From positions 62,001-126,000 of the forward strand of contig CT867998.1 of assembly GCA_000165425.1 (NCBI GenBank): DNA of 64,000 nucleotides, in the 5' to 3' direction. Source of the stretch: Paramecium tetraurelia. Its lineage: Eukaryota. Position numbers and translations under genes: made by a program. The notes under the pieces were generated by a model. The model had not been told where the DNA came from. It was given only the letters and a program-made list of their open reading frames with translations, and made no database searches. This document shows, piece after piece, positions 27,938 to 40,687 of this stretch. Each line of letters opens with the position of its first letter. The stretch's first letter is position 1.

Positions 27938-29517
27938 TTCAAACTTATATATTCATCACTACAATTATTTTCCTATCCATCAAGGTGTTTATCTACTCTT
28001 AAAATAATAAAAACTATAATTTCTCAATTCTCAATTTTCACTTTCATCCATTCCAATCTAAATACTAATAGATCATTAATACATCTGATTACCTTGTGAC
28101 TCTTAAACAGACAAACCTGAATTAATTAAATTAGTTAATTTTATACAATAAAACATAATATCTATCAATTAAATAAAGCTTCATTAGTTTAAATGTAAAA
28201 TGGAAGCACCTACATACTCCTCTACAACCATGCATGATTATAGGCCTGTTATGCTGTGTATCTCTCTCTAGACAATCGTTTAACTAGGTTTTCTATGAAA
28301 TCCCTGAGATCTCTAGATGCCGTGTAAGGTATCATGAAGCATGCCTATATTAAAGATATAGATACTGTTTTCATTAACTCTTATTGGTTCTCCTTCCAGG
28401 GAGGCTTGCCAAAACAAAGTTCATAAGTTAATACACCCAAACCCCATATGTCAATCTTCTTATCGTACATGTCACCTTCTAAGATTTCAGGAGATGCATA
28501 TATCAATGTCCCACATTGAGTTTGTCTGTATTCATCTGGAGAATATACACAGAATGAGAAGTCTGCTAGTTTGACCTATCCAAAACTCAATAAAATATTG
28601 TCTGGCTTTATGTCTCTATGGATGACATCTTGATTGTGAATGTACATTAATGCAAATGTAATCTATTAAACCAATTGAGCTGCCTCGTTTTCAACGAATT
28701 TCTTATTCGGTTTAGTCTGTTAAACAGTATTCAATTGTCCATGAGAACAATATTCTAACACTAAAACGATTTCAGATTCTAAACAGATATTTTATTAATC
28801 TTACAGGTTTAAAAGAATGTATACAACCTTGTGATATTGGGATGTTCTAGGAGATATTGAATTTTGATTTCCCAAGCCAATTGGCCTTACATCTTCTCCT
28901 TGATTATTTATGCTTTCTTTATCACTTTCAATGCAACCAAGAATCCCGTCTGAATCTAGATTGCCAAAAACACTTCACTGTACTTACCCACACCCAATCT
29001 CTTGATTGTTATAAAATTCTTATATTTTGGCATCTCTTTTTTCTCTTACTCAGAGATCACTTGCACCTTCTTAAAAATAATTAAATCCATACATTTTGAT
29101 TCTCCACTTTGTTGTTATTACTTACAAAACTCGTGATTTGATTCTGCTCTGTTGGAAATTAAATTTAGTCACTTTTCTTAGGAGATACGTATTCGAGTTT
29201 GCTTTTCAATGTCTATTGTTGCACCATTGATTTTTGAGAAACAAGTAAAGGAGAACTTCCTAAGTTCTTAACATCTGTGTCTGTTTTTATGATCCCTGTA
29301 TTAGCATAAGATTATGAATATCTAGCCTAAGGATCTGATGGTCGGTGTCCGTACGTATTCCTTGATTTCTGTAATACCGAATCCACATAAGAGAGTATGT
29401 TTGGATTCTGGCGAGGTGTATTCCCTACTATAGAATAGGGTCGATAAGGTTAATATGGATTATTCATTCGGTTTATTACGCTTTGATTTATATAAAAATT
29501 ATACTAACAGGCGACAT
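27938..29517 (-). CDS. Ser/Thr protein kinase, Aurora-like
   Basis: LGVGKYSEV, VALKVIKK, QLAWEIKIQ..LEHPNITRLY, HRDIKPDNILL, ADFSF, CGTLIYASPE, DIWGLGVLTYE; 3' end approximate. Confidence 0.9.
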
Positions 29518-30061
29518 GAATAAATAATAGAAATCCAATAGAATGATTTAAACTAATCCTCATGTATTCATCAATTTAAATTTTCTGGTCTGCAATAGAG
29601 ACTATTATTAATAGATAAATAGATTATTATATATAAATTGTTAGACCACACTTTAATATCAGTTACTATTAAATCAAATATTCATTTAAGAATTTTATGA
29701 AGATTTATCAGCAACAGCGACATATCTTTATAATAATTGAGAATTCAAAGAAGGAATTCAATAATTTCGCATTCTTACAAGATATCATATAAGGTATCTT
29801 TTAAGAAATCAAATCTTCAGATAAACTTAATATAAAACAGTAGAATCTCTGTCCTCTTTATGGTTTTAGGACTATATCTGTAATTTCTTTAATGTTGACT
29901 TCTAATCACTAAAATTGCTTACTCATGTTTTACACCTTGAACAATTTACAAAATATTTAATTACATATACTAAGCAACATGATTTTTATTGGCTCTTAGA
30001 TAAGCACTCATAAGTTCATCGTGATTTACTTTATTAACATTTAATGTAATTATATATAAAA

Positions 30062-30951
30062 TCAACTAAATTATTAAAATGTCTATTAAAAGTTTTATGG
30101 GTCCTCTCTCTCTTCCCTCTTACTTTTTAGGTGATTCAAGTACCAGCCTGCAAATATGATCAACACAACAACAATTAGAGTAACCAAGATCCAAATCCAT
30201 GTGTTTGATTTTGAATCATTATAATTTATTGTGAATGTAGAACCACCAAGGGGTAATTCATAATTCTATAAGATCACTGCGAAATAATCATAAGTATTTG
30301 TTGGCTCCATTTTGATATAGAAGGTTGTGTAATAGTTCGAAAATGTCATTTCATTAAAATCAGATTAATAATAATCCTTTGGCCTTTCTTTAGAAGAATA
30401 TAAATATGATGAGCTCAATTTGAGTAACTCCTTATCTTCTTAATGGCCAACATTAAATAAAAAGAGTGCGTTTTTAATGAAGGTTCCATCATTTTATAAA
30501 ACCATTGGGATGTCGAGAATGAGATAACCATCCTCAGATCTATGGTTTATAGGTTGATTCTTGTATAATGCAAGAGAAGGAGTCTAATAATCAATTTATC
30601 GGTTTGAAGTCTAATATAATGAAGAAGTTATACTGTAAATTTGTATTGCGGAAATGTTGCCCCTCCTTTTGAGCCATAAGCTCTGTATGTTACTGGAGGT
30701 GATGAATCTGTGCGATTCAAATAATCATAAAAGAAATATGTTCCAGGTATTGGTTTCAATTCAACTAATTTTCCATCCTCTGATACCCTAGCAAATTAGA
30801 TTGGGCCCTGAAATGACAAAAATGAAACTTATGTGGTATAGAAACCTTCAATTGTGAAATTCTTGATTTCATTTTATTCCAATACTCCATAAATATCATC
30901 AGAGTATGCAAAAATACTTGTGATGAATAACAATATATATTTATTAATCAT
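30062..30951 (-). CDS. Type I membrane protein (signal peptide, C-terminal TM helix)
   Basis: MINKYILLFITSIFA signal; TWIWILVTLIVVVLIIFAGWYL then basic residues; one 23-nt intron. Confidence 0.75.
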
Positions 30952-31669
30952 AATATTAACTTGATTGTAATTTTTAGAATATTTTGTAAATATTAATGTC
31001 ACTACATGTAATGAATTTCTATATGCATTCAAATGTAGAAAACCCTAATTTGCTTTACTTAATTATACTAAAACAATTAATCAATTCATTTCTGTTCAGG
31101 AGGTTTAAATTATTATCATAGAATACAAATAATTGATTCAACAATTCTGTACTATGATTTTAAAGATTGCCATTCAATCAATCATGTAGAATACTAAATA
31201 ATTACATTTTGCAATGTTATTAAATATATATGCTTACCCATAAATATTTTATGAATTTCATTAATGCTTTGAAGTATTTTTAGGGTTCATTTTGATTATT
31301 ATATGAAATTTATTGAGAAGTTGCCATTACATATAACTTCATAGCTTTTAATTAGAGTGAGATTTCATTCAAATATTATCTTTAATAATAATTAACTGAT
31401 TTTCTAAGACTTCTAATTAATTCTTGAATTAAATTCATTATCCCTTACTATTGATTTAATATTTAAACTAAAAGGCTATCTACTAAATCATTAAAATTCA
31501 TTAGAAATAATTATATCAAAATAAGAATTACTAAATACTTGCATTCTATTCCACCTATTTTGAATGATTATTTGATATGAGTAATTCGTATTACTTGATA
31601 ATTATCAAAAATATATTGATATTTGAGATATAATAATAATATTGTAATGAATACTTTTATTTTTCATCT

Positions 31670-32244
31670 TCAATTGCCAAAACCCGAAGCTTCCTTGAAA
31701 TTTCTCATAACTTAATTATCTGAATTGTTATCCCATTAAGCCAACTCAATACGCTCTTGCATTTTGTTAAGTGTCTCTTTAAGCATGTCTGCAAATTCTA
31801 ATGACATATCATCTATCTTCTTCCTTAATTCTGCGATATCCTAGTCTTTTTTCTTCAGTTTCTCCTCATAACTAGCTCGATAATCGGTTATTTATTATTC
31901 TTTGGTTTCTAGGTATATAGATGTATTTACGTACTAATAACTTCATCTTTCTCTTTGACAGTAGCATTCAACTCATTGATATCTTTAAGTAATTCATCCT
32001 GCATTTGTTTATATTGTCTATTCATATCAGTACTGATATTGAATAGCTTTTCCTTCTCTCCTTCTTATTCCTTCTCCATACTTAAATATTTTTATTGTAA
32101 CTGCATCTCTTATGTTTTGGAACGATCAGCTCTCATTTGTTCCTCGACAATTCTCATCTATAATCTTTTGGCTTCAAAATCGAGCATAGTGATCTTGGCT
32201 GCATTGTTTTGTGCACCATCATCTTTTTATTTTTTAGGAGGCAT
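31670..32244 (-). CDS. CCDC153/DRC12-like ciliary coiled-coil protein
   Basis: MPPKK..ISTDMNRQYKQMQDEL..KKDQDIAELRKKIDDMSLEFADMLKETLNKMQERI. Confidence 0.75.
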
Positions 32245-32352
32245 TGTTATTATATATATATAAATACTATATTAATATATAATTGATATCGAAAAGGAAT
32301 GTAAAATATTATTTAACACAAATAACTATATATATATATTGACTGTTATATT

Positions 32353-33385
32353 TCAATACTTGTGGTGTTTCCTAATATAGAAATTTGAATTTTTACTTGC
32401 TATGTTTTCTTGACTTACTCCTTTCTTTTTCTTTTTCTTTATCTTTATTCTTCTTTTTACTGCTTTTTTTCTTACTCTTCTCTCTTGAATTCTCTCTACT
32501 CCTTGATCTCTCCTTTTCCTTCTTATCTTTCTACTTCTCTCTCTCCTACTCCTTATCCTTTGCAATATCCTCCTTGAATTCCTACTTCCGAGCTTCCTCT
32601 TCCAATATCTTCTCCAAAACCAATCTACGAACCTGCAACTTTTGTAATTCCACTCTAATTGTTGAAAACCCTTGATGTATTCTTCCATCTAGATGTGTTC
32701 TAAGAAATAGATTAATACTAAGATCTATACTTGACTTTATTCTCTGTCTCATAGAGAGATTGTCTTGCCCCACACACCTCACAAATTTTATATGTTTTAA
32801 ATGGATTGTTTGTACCCTCATATGCAAGTAATACATCTTCTCGAGCCTTCTTTAAATTGTCTGCCTCCATGATCAATCTTTCTGACTCGTCTATTTTTCC
32901 TTATTCCCCCATCTTCTCACTCTAATCTGTCAATAGATTAATCTATCTTTCCATATTGTCAAGTCTATCTTAAATTTCCTTGGGTCTATCCGCCACTTAC
33001 AGTTTGCTTGATTATTCAACTTACTCTTCATGCTTGGTCAATATCTTGTCTACTTCCTTCAACTTGTCTTGGATGTAGGCTAATATAATTATTAGGTTCA
33101 TACTAAACCTATCGCTTCTTCTATGTATTTCTTCTCTCTCTATTGCTTCTTCAGACTCCTGTCACTGTTGAATTCATTTATGAAGAATTGATCATGTCTC
33201 TTATTGCATTCTCCCTCATGATCATACTTTGTATGCTTCCAAAGATCATTGAAACACTTCGAAACTAGTATATTCTTGCACACATCATCATTCCAATAAT
33301 GAGCATCATTTTTCCTCTTACTCGCAATCACATTTCTCTCCTTTCCAAAAAGTTCATCAAGGAGTGCTCGAGAATCTTCGCACAT
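32353..33385 (-). CDS. LUC7: U1 snRNP-associated LUC7-like protein
   Basis: RALLDELFGKERN..DVCKNILVSKCFNDLWKHTK..GECNKRH, second zinc finger CEVCG..HLDGRIHQGF, Arg/Ser/Lys-rich tail; tiny introns. Confidence 0.9.
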
Positions 33386-33472
33386 TAATTTGTTAATTTA
33401 AATATTTTATTCATTTATACTCTACCCTTCAAAAATGAATATAAATATAGATATACAATAATCTCTTATATC

Positions 33473-35573
33473 TCAAATTAACTTTATAGTTGACTCACCA
33501 ATAGCTAGTATCTTGTCTTAAATAATGCAGAAGTCATAAACTTTAAAAAGTGGAATCTATTTGCATTGATTACTCAACAAATCCCACTCATACAAGTTTG
33601 ATCTCAAATTAATAATGCATTTCTTATCTAAAAACAGACACTTGTTTATAATCTCTCCCTTTGTTTTGCAAATCTATGCCAATTTCAAATCTCTTATTAT
33701 CCATTCCGATTGAGCATTTAAAAACAAATACTATGAAGAGAACTTTATCTACTTGATAACGCTTGGTCTACAATCAGCTACTAATCAAATATACAAAAAT
33801 ACCCTTCTGAACCTATTAACAGGTCACTACATCCCATACTTCAATCTGATTCTTGTTATTTAAAAAATACAATAAATCTGGTGTTGGCATACCAAATACA
33901 TCAGCGTTGAATTACTATTAAAATTAAACCTTCAATAAACGCTTGATGTTTTCATCATAGACACTAATACCAGTACTTTGATTCTGATCATCGACTCTTT
34001 TGGGAGCAAAGAGATTGAACTACTGAGAAGGGGGATTATGAAAGTCATAACTAAACACCGATCTATTCTGATATAATTGACAACTCTTATATTTCTCAAC
34101 CAGCATTTCTTATTCACTGTATTCATTAGTTATAAAGTTCCATTTCACAAGGAGAGGATAAACACTTTTGGAGATCTTGAGAATGCATTGTATAGTAGAA
34201 TCATTGAGAAACATGACAGTCTTGATCTCAAGATTGTCAATCTCCTTTCTTCTTTAGAATTCCAATTTATTGTCAAAGGGATAGATTTCTATCTCAATGT
34301 GGAAGATCACTTCTTCATCATAAAGTAATCCACACTTCTGAACAACAGCCAAAAATTACTGGTTTGGACTTGAACAACAATGCAAAACTTGTTTTACCCT
34401 CGCCTTGTAAAAGAATTGCTTCTCTAAATTAGTATTCAACAAAATGAAATCCTTCTTAATTTTGTGTTCAGCTATTATGATTTCTTAATTCATAGCAATT
34501 AGAGAATAAACACCAGGACAAAATTTGACCTCAAACGTCTTCGTTTTTGTTCCCAACACAATGTTCCAACTAGTCACTACTGCATTCTTACTAATAGAAA
34601 ACAGTTAACTGTTGGTATAACATAAACCATGATGAATGTCATCCTTTGAAGAATTCAGGATGATTTAAACTATAGCCGATTTATTAGATTAGAATTTTGT
34701 GATCACAATCTAACCATTGGAAGCAAAGGCTACAGAATCATATGAGATGGGAGTCCAACATGTCACTGCACAACCATAAGTAGTTTAGAGTTCCTCCAAT
34801 TAATCATTTTCAAAATCGATAATGAACACTTCGCCTACCTTTTACTATTTGCCAAAAACCAATCCATTTTGCAACATGAGTAGATCATCACACTCATCGA
34901 ATTTGTCTGATAGTACTTTTTATAATTCAATCACTTTATTGGTTTTTGGTTAGAAATTGTTGTATTTTGGTTCCATTTGATTTGGTTTTCCCAAATTGGA
35001 TGTTCTCCATAACATGAGTTCCCCATCTTAGACACCTATGATTCTAGGTATGTATATGACACTACCTTGGATTAGGATGATCTGATACACAAAATGCTGT
35101 AAGTGCTTATTCAATCAGGATTGTCTTTTTGTTGGTTTCAGGCTCTATCATCATTAATATGTCCCCAAAAATTAAGTAGATCTTATCATGAACTGCCACC
35201 AATTAATAAGGCATATTTTCTATCAATCCCTTGTATTCTTTTTTCAATTTCATTTCTTTGTCCCAAATTGCTAATGAGTCTGATCCAGCCGTATCACACA
35301 AATACCCATTAAATGCTATAAGGTTATTCATAGAAGGCTCTAAATAATCCTCACTAATTGGAATCTAATTGCTCAAAATAGCCTTACTTAATCAAATTAT
35401 TAATCCTATACTGTGACTTTCAATTCCAAATTCAATGATTCCAATGAAGTCTATTAAAACTATTGACTTTGTTTTTTATTCACATGGAACTTCTTCTTCT
35501 ATGGTATGTCAATGCCAGGAGGTGGGCCAATCTAATTGTCATCATCATCACCTAATCCAGGAGGCGGGTTCAT
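33473..35573 (-). CDS. Divergent WD40/beta-propeller-like protein with N-terminal PPPG(L/I) motifs
   Basis: Long minus-strand frame with tiny introns: MNPPPGLGDDDDNQIGPPPGIDIP.., repeated LAIWD, LMLWR, TSWNI, IEVWD, LYEWD; the plus strand hits TGA early. Confidence 0.65.
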
Positions 35574-35644
35574 TCAATTATTTTAATTTAATCTTTAATT
35601 ACAGAATAGGTACTTGTTATTTATATCTTATTATTAAATAATAT

Positions 35645-37665
35645 TCATTATTTGTGATGCTTCTTGCTCTTATGATGACTTTTATGGTGCTTCTTTCCTT
35701 TGCTTTTGGATTTCTCCTAATCATTAAAATCATAATTCGGCTGAATTTCTCCAGGCTCAGGTTCATGCTCTTATTTCACATTTTTAGACTTTTCAGGTTC
35801 AACTTGACTGAGATCTTGTCTAACAGAGCCCTCTTCCTTTGATTTTTTTTCCTTCTTCTCCTTTTTCTCCTTCTTCTTTTTCTTCTTTCTCTCACTCTAA
35901 TCTTTTTCAGAGGTTTATTATTATTATTAAATAGGCTCTTCTTGAATTTGAGTAGATTATTATTATAATTATTATTGTTATTGTTATTATTATTGTTATG
36001 GTTATTATTATTGTTATTATTATTATTATTATTGTTATTATTGTTATTAAATTTATTGGGTCTATTAAACCTACGATTATTATTATTATTAACTCACAAT
36101 AGGTACGATAGGTATTTGCTAGGATTAGGTTTGTTATTATTATTATTACAGTTGCTGGAGAGTGGCCACAAATGATTCATATTGTGCTTTCTTTTACTCT
36201 TCAACCAAACCTGCTAGTTTAGGATTCTCTTGAATCTTTTAATTGATGATTGGTAACATCTCCTCATAAGATTTGTAATCAGGCAATGATTTTAATAATT
36301 TAATGTATCTTTTACACATCTTTTTATATCGTTTGCTCTGAATGTTGGATGACTACTTAATGTTTTCTTGGAAGTAACGATAATAATATTTTTTCTCATG
36401 AGATGGCATTTTCGTCCAGATCTAGTTATCAACAAAGTAAGCTTCCACTTCCTCAAAGCTAACATTGGTCAACACCTTGACTCCCTTTTGTTAGAGATGC
36501 ATCTTTAACTCCGATTTATAGAGCTAGTGGTTCTACTTTAAATTTGAAATGAAATCTTAAAACAACTCATGAGGTTGAGAGCCTGGTTGTCCGAGCATGC
36601 AAATAAATCTATCATCTTATTATATTGTCTATACAAATTAACCCCATTTAGTCTTATGTGTCAATAAGCCTTCTGCCAGGTGTTCCTAGAGCAATTCCCT
36701 GAAGTTGATCCTATTCTACCTGTATTTAGAGATGATTGACTATCTCCATTGTTCATAGAGCGGATTGATGACCTAAATTAAGGAGAGAAGGTACCTCTTC
36801 GAAAACTCCGAGAGCATCGATTGGCAACATCTGTTACAAGAGTCTATCCTGACTGAATAACTTTAAGCACTCATCCCAAGTGGAACTATGACTTAAGACT
36901 CCTATTTCTATATGTCTTTGTAACCTCTTTCTGAAATCCTCAGTGGTAGTTTTGCGACTCTCCTTCATCAGCTCCTACTCTTGCTTATATAACTTATCTA
37001 AATAATCCTGGAATAAATTTTCCCTTTCCTTTTCATCAGGGATTGCTTTCCATCTTGCATCTGTAACAAGATAACTTTATACTTTCCATAACTTTATGTC
37101 CGAAGAGAGGATCTTGTGTTCCTCCAACATCTTCATAAAATCCTCCTTTGCCATGCTCAATTTGGTTTTGTTCTCCTCCTTCTCTTGTTTCTTCATCTCC
37201 TCCAAATACTGATTGTAGATCTTCTTCTTATGACTGATACTCCCTATGCATTTCCATCTTGAATCACTTTGCAATTGCTTCACAACTGAATCCCACTTTA
37301 CGCTTGAAGTAATCTTATTATCCTTCAGTAATTGCGTGAATTAGTCAATCGGATTTGGCGGGATGATGTCCTCTTCCTCACCTGATCTGCACTAATATAA
37401 TATATCCATACGTATCTTGCTCTTCCTCTGGCTTCTGCCATTTACTCTCCCTTGTATTGCGATTGTACCAATAAGGCTTACCATCCTCTGTCAAGTATTG
37501 TTACCATTCTTCTTCTACTTCAGATTCTTCATCTTAAAGACACTCTGGTTTCTCCCACTAGGATTGGCCTGTCTTCACGTTGTAGTAATAAGTCTATCCG
37601 TTGGCAGAAGAGTGCTTTGACCAATATCCTCTCTCGTTGTCCCCTTCCTTCTCGATGCTATCCAT
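35645..37665 (-). CDS. PRP40: Pre-mRNA processing factor PRP40-like (2 WW + multiple FF domains)
   Basis: WSKHSSANGQTYYYNVKTGQSQWEKP and second WW (YWYNRNTRESKWQKP); FF repeats (FMKMLEEHKILSSDIKLWKV..DARWKAI); Q/N-rich and K/R/S-rich tail. Confidence 0.9.
35910..36150 (-). repeat. Low-complexity Gln/Asn codon run (TAA/CAA/AAT) within PRP40
   Basis: (tta/ttg)n on the plus strand; accounts for the poly-Leu ORF in the track. Confidence 0.8.
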
Positions 37666-37744
37666 TAAATTATTTTAAATAATAATAATTTCTTGCATGA
37701 AATATATGAACTGACATATTAAAAAATTCAAAATCAAATAATAA

Positions 37745-38895
37745 ATGGAAAATTCAAAATCAGAAATTCTTCATTGGATCAACACCCTTCTAAAAGTAAT
37801 GAATTCAAAATAAGATAGACAAATTTTACTAAAATAGAACAACTGGGCAACGGTGTAGCATACTGCAAACTACTTAATTTGATTGATCCAACTTGTTTGA
37901 ATTCTACTAAAATTGTACTAAAAACAAAAACATAAATTGATCACATCAGCAATCTCAAGCTCTTCCAAACTGCAATGTAGAAACTTCATATGAAGAAACA
38001 ATTTGACATTGACAAAGTAAGCAAGTGTTATTTCCATGAAAATTATGATCTAGCCTTATTCTTAAAGAAATAACACTCCCTTAGGTTCTCTAGCATAAAT
38101 AAAGAAAACACATCCATCAACAATTCTATAATTTATGAAAATCATCCCAATATTCTTGAAGAATAATAGACCTCAGATGATAATTTACTTACTTAAATAG
38201 CATCTATAATGTAGAGCGTAGATTCTGCTGAAACAAAAGTGTTACAAACTATCAATTTATTGAAAACCCACAATTTTATCAAAAATAATCCTCAGTTTAT
38301 TGATAATAAACCTCTGTATGATACTACTAATAACATCTTTAATATGTTCAACAATCAAAATGTTTTTAATAAAGATAATCTATTCAAAACAGATTCTAAA
38401 AAACAACAATCTCTTGAATAGAATAATAATTTGTTATGTGAAACTCCAGAAATGCTCCTTGATCCTCATCAGAATAATGAAGACATATTTGATCATCAAT
38501 CTTCATCTAAATTGATCATGAAAATTCAATCATAATCGAAGATATAATAGGAAATTAAAAAAGAAACTCCAAACTTTTGTGAATCTCCATTTATATAATA
38601 ACCATAATAAAATAGTCTGGCTGATTTTATCAAGTCAGAAAGTAAATAGTAACAACAATACATGCAATAATACTCTTTATAAAAACAATTGCAAATGTAA
38701 AATCAGATCAATACTAATCCACCTTAAGAATACCAATCTCCATTTCGAGAGTAGATTATTCAATTATCTTCATAAAAAGAGATATTCAATTAGATTACAA
38801 ATCCTTAAGTGTTTTCTTCATGTTAAAAAGAAACATCTTAAAACAACTCTGTATTCTATTCATGCAAAGATAAAGGAGCAATAATTGAAGAATGA
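37745..38895 (+). CDS. EB1/RP-EB-like calponin-homology microtubule-binding protein
   Basis: SKSEILHWINTLL..FTKIEQLGNGVAYCKLL..HISNLKLFQTAM..FDIDKVSK..ENYDLALFLKK. Confidence 0.8.
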
Positions 38896-39094
38896 TAAAA
38901 TATTAATTATAATTTCATTTTTAACTTCAATCACAAACCCGTTTTCAGTTTTCCTTAATTTATTACATCTCCTCAATCATATTCTATAAGTAGCCAACAT
39001 ATAACATAGAAACAATATTGTTTTTATTATATGCCTAAAATCATAATTATTAAAGAGTTAAGTTAAGAACATTTTATATATATAATAATATATT

Positions 39095-40306
39095 ATGTAA
39101 GAAAAGTAACAATCTTCTTATTGGTCTAAAATGTTGGAGAATTAATAATAAGAGAGACAATAAAATGATTACTAATCTAAATAGGATCAAGAATAAAGGA
39201 AGCAGAGGTACAAATAAGAATTATAAACTGATATGATGCTCCATCAACAGAAGAAATAAGTTTAATAAAATTAAAATCAACAACTGGAATCCATAACGTT
39301 AGAGACTTTAAGATAGAGAGAATCCAAGAAGATGAAGGAAATGGAAGAAAGAAGGATCAAGTAAATCCAGACCAGTTTGGATAATCTCAATAATCTAATG
39401 ATTAAAAAGAAAATGAATTTGGAGAGATCTTATCAAAATTAATAATTAGATAAGGAATTTATTAGATAAGAATAGATGAAGGCAATGAAAAGCATAGAGG
39501 AAAAAAAATAGAAAAAAGAAGAAGAAGCAAAATTACTAAAAGTTACATATGATGATATGATCAATAATAAAAGAAGGATGAGAGAGGAATTACAATAACA
39601 TACTTAGCCATCAATTCCAACTTTAACAAATGAAAATAATAAGGTGAAAATAGATACAAAGAAATATTAGGAGGAATTAAAAACCTAACTAGAATAGAAA
39701 TAAAAATAAATGGAAGAATTGAAAATGAAAAAGGTTGAAGAAAGACAAAGAATAGAATAGAAAATTGAATTTGAAAAATAAAGAATGATGGAGAATAAAC
39801 TAAAAAATTATTAAACTTATAAGTAATATGAGACTGAGAATTACGAATTGTTATAAGATCGAAAATATTAATAGAATAGTAATCCTTAAGAATTGAGATT
39901 ACTTTAAAATTCATTTGAAAGTAAATTGCCAAGAATTTACTAAGACAATTATTAACCATCTGAAAGAAAAAGACAGTTAGCCTTACTTGATCGAGATCTA
40001 CTGAAATATTAAATATTACAATAATAATAGTAAATAATAGATAAGAATCATTCAACAATCAATTAAGCTAAAGTTAATTATTAAGATGAAGCAGTATCAT
40101 AAACATCAAAACAAACAAAATAATCTAAATAGCTTTCGAATAATTTCATTTAACGCGAGTAACCGTAATAAGCCTCAACTCCCTCTCAAAAATCAAGGAA
40201 TTCCAACCTTATTCCAAATAACCCCATAGACTATTTGAATTAAAAACAACATGCTCCAAAAAAAAGAAGTTTTAACATTGTTACAGGAATTGTCACTCTT
40301 AATTGA
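39095..40306 (+). CDS. Q/E/K-rich coiled-coil hypothetical protein
   Basis: 1212-nt open frame in ciliate code ending RSFNIVTGIVTLN. Confidence 0.7.
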
Positions 40307-40687
40307 TAAAACTCTCTTTTTTACTCAATTGTAAATGTATTTAAATAAATATAATAATATCAATTTATAATATTAAACTTAGAAATTTTAATTATTTAAT
40401 CAAAATATCTTATAAATCATTTTTATTGATAGATGAACTTTTTTTGATAGATAATCTGATTATATATTTATTCATAATAAATATTAATAAAATCTATTAG
40501 AAATTAATGGAAAAAGATAGTTTTTTTTTTTCATAAATTCTGAATTAATACCTCATTCAAGTTTACCTCTCAATTAGAATACATTTTACTTAAATAAAAG
40601 AATAAAAATTTGTATGATTTAATAACAATGATATCAAACTGTTAAAATAAAAATTGTTGAAAATCATAATTATTACTAAATGCATTA

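Noticed and set aside
29560..30050. Short open frames between the kinase and the membrane-protein gene
   Set aside because: Strand and frame ambiguous; no recognisable motif
33435..35438. Plus-strand gene starting at ATG 33435
   Set aside because: Hits TGA within ~45 codons; the minus strand carries the long coherent frame
35975..36175. Poly-Leu ORF in the supplied track
   Set aside because: Antisense shadow of the Gln/Asn-rich region of PRP40
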